This document shows, piece after piece, positions 63,301-64,000 of a stretch of DNA of 64,000 bases. A program made the position numbers and the translations under genes. The DNA comes from Takakia lepidozioides (lineage: Eukaryota; Plantae; Bryophyta): NCBI GenBank assembly GCA_030704615.1, contig CM060732.1:82584001-82648000 (forward strand), read 5' to 3'. The number at the start of each line of letters is the position of its first letter. Within the stretch, counting starts at the first letter, position 1. A model generated the notes under the pieces. That model searched no databases, was not told the origin of the DNA, and saw nothing but the letters and a program-made list of their open reading frames with translations.

Positions 63301-64000
63301 CGTACAAATTTGGAACCCATTTCCTTTATAACAAATTTTTGTACAATACAAGTTTTTGCAATCGGATTCCTAAGCTAGCTAACCGGGCTAAGCATGCATT
63401 TCCTCCCCCACGCTCCTCCAAGGTTGATGTCCCCCTCAACGCTTCTTCCTTTTTTAGGTCGCCCTTCGAAAGCTGCAACCGCCTCGGATGCGTTTCCCAT
63501 TTCTGAGGCACGCACCCAAGATGCCTCCACAAGATGATAGCCTTCCATTTGACGAGATACTCCGTTTCTCGGTTCTTGAACCTCCTCGACTTAAGTATTG
63601 CCTCCACCTCGTACTCAGGTTCATTTTCATGATCCAACAGCATAGGTGGCGGACGCAACACTTGATGCCGATTCGGACGCGCTTCATCTTTGAAGTAAGG
63701 CTTCAAAAGGGAGACATGGAATACTGGGTGCACCTTGCTGTTTGCCGGCAGCTCCAATTCATACACATCCTCATTCATAACCTTCCGAATGCGAAAGGTC
63801 CCGCATACGGAGGTACAACTTCGGACTCACTTCCGGAGGTAGTCGGAAATTCTTGATGTTCAACCAGACCTCGTGCCTGCCTCAAACTTCACTTCCCTCC
63901 GCTTCCGATTCGCCTGCCTTTCATACCGTTTCCTAGCTTTGGCAATGTTGTACTTTGCGAGCTTCAACAAACGCTCGCGTTCTTCCAGTACCGCCGCTAC
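60400..64000 (-). mobile_element. Chromovirus (Ty3/gypsy) tandem: integrase-chromodomain, PPT, shared LTR, PBS, gag, truncated protease, LTR tail
   Basis: The right edge encodes VYELELP..VHPVFHVSLLKP and chromodomain YEVEAILKSRR..EYLVKWK. PPT GGGGGAGGAAA lies at about 63399-63409, LTR about 61837-63398, PBS TGGTATCAAAGC 61823-61834. Frameshifted gag 60510-61781 has CFNCGEPGHMAKKC and LLVDTGA. The last ~108 bp of the LTR are repeated at 60400-60507. Confidence 0.9.

Overview
Nuclear DNA of a land plant, most likely a non-seed plant. This is inferred from spliceosomal introns, a moss-style metallothionein and PLS-class PPR genes; the species cannot be called. Host genes: (i) a multi-exon chromomethylase (CMT; BAH, C5-MTase and chromodomain) on the minus strand at 351-8752, running off the left edge; (ii) a 3-exon metallothionein at 36989-38028; (iii) a head-to-head pair of duplicated PLS-PPR genes, one with an eroding DYW domain and one whose DYW has decayed; (iv) an intronless F-box gene. 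Between about 9.7 and 35.8 kb lies a transposon nest. It holds tRNA-derived SINEs (one split by an organelle-like group II intron RT fragment), CACTA derivatives, piggyBac and pogo-like transposase relics, and a complete 12.6-kb CACTA element with TIRs and a TGC TSD. That element has divergently arranged TnpD and TnpA-like genes; the TnpA-like gene contains an FCP1/NIF-type HAD phosphatase exon and a YGQ/P-rich low-complexity region. The right end holds two rearranged Ty3/gypsy elements. One has inverted LTRs and a 1.45-kb copy of the neighbouring gene's 3' region in place of PR-RT. The other is a tandem chromovirus sharing a central LTR. All calls come from manual reading and translation; no database searches were run.
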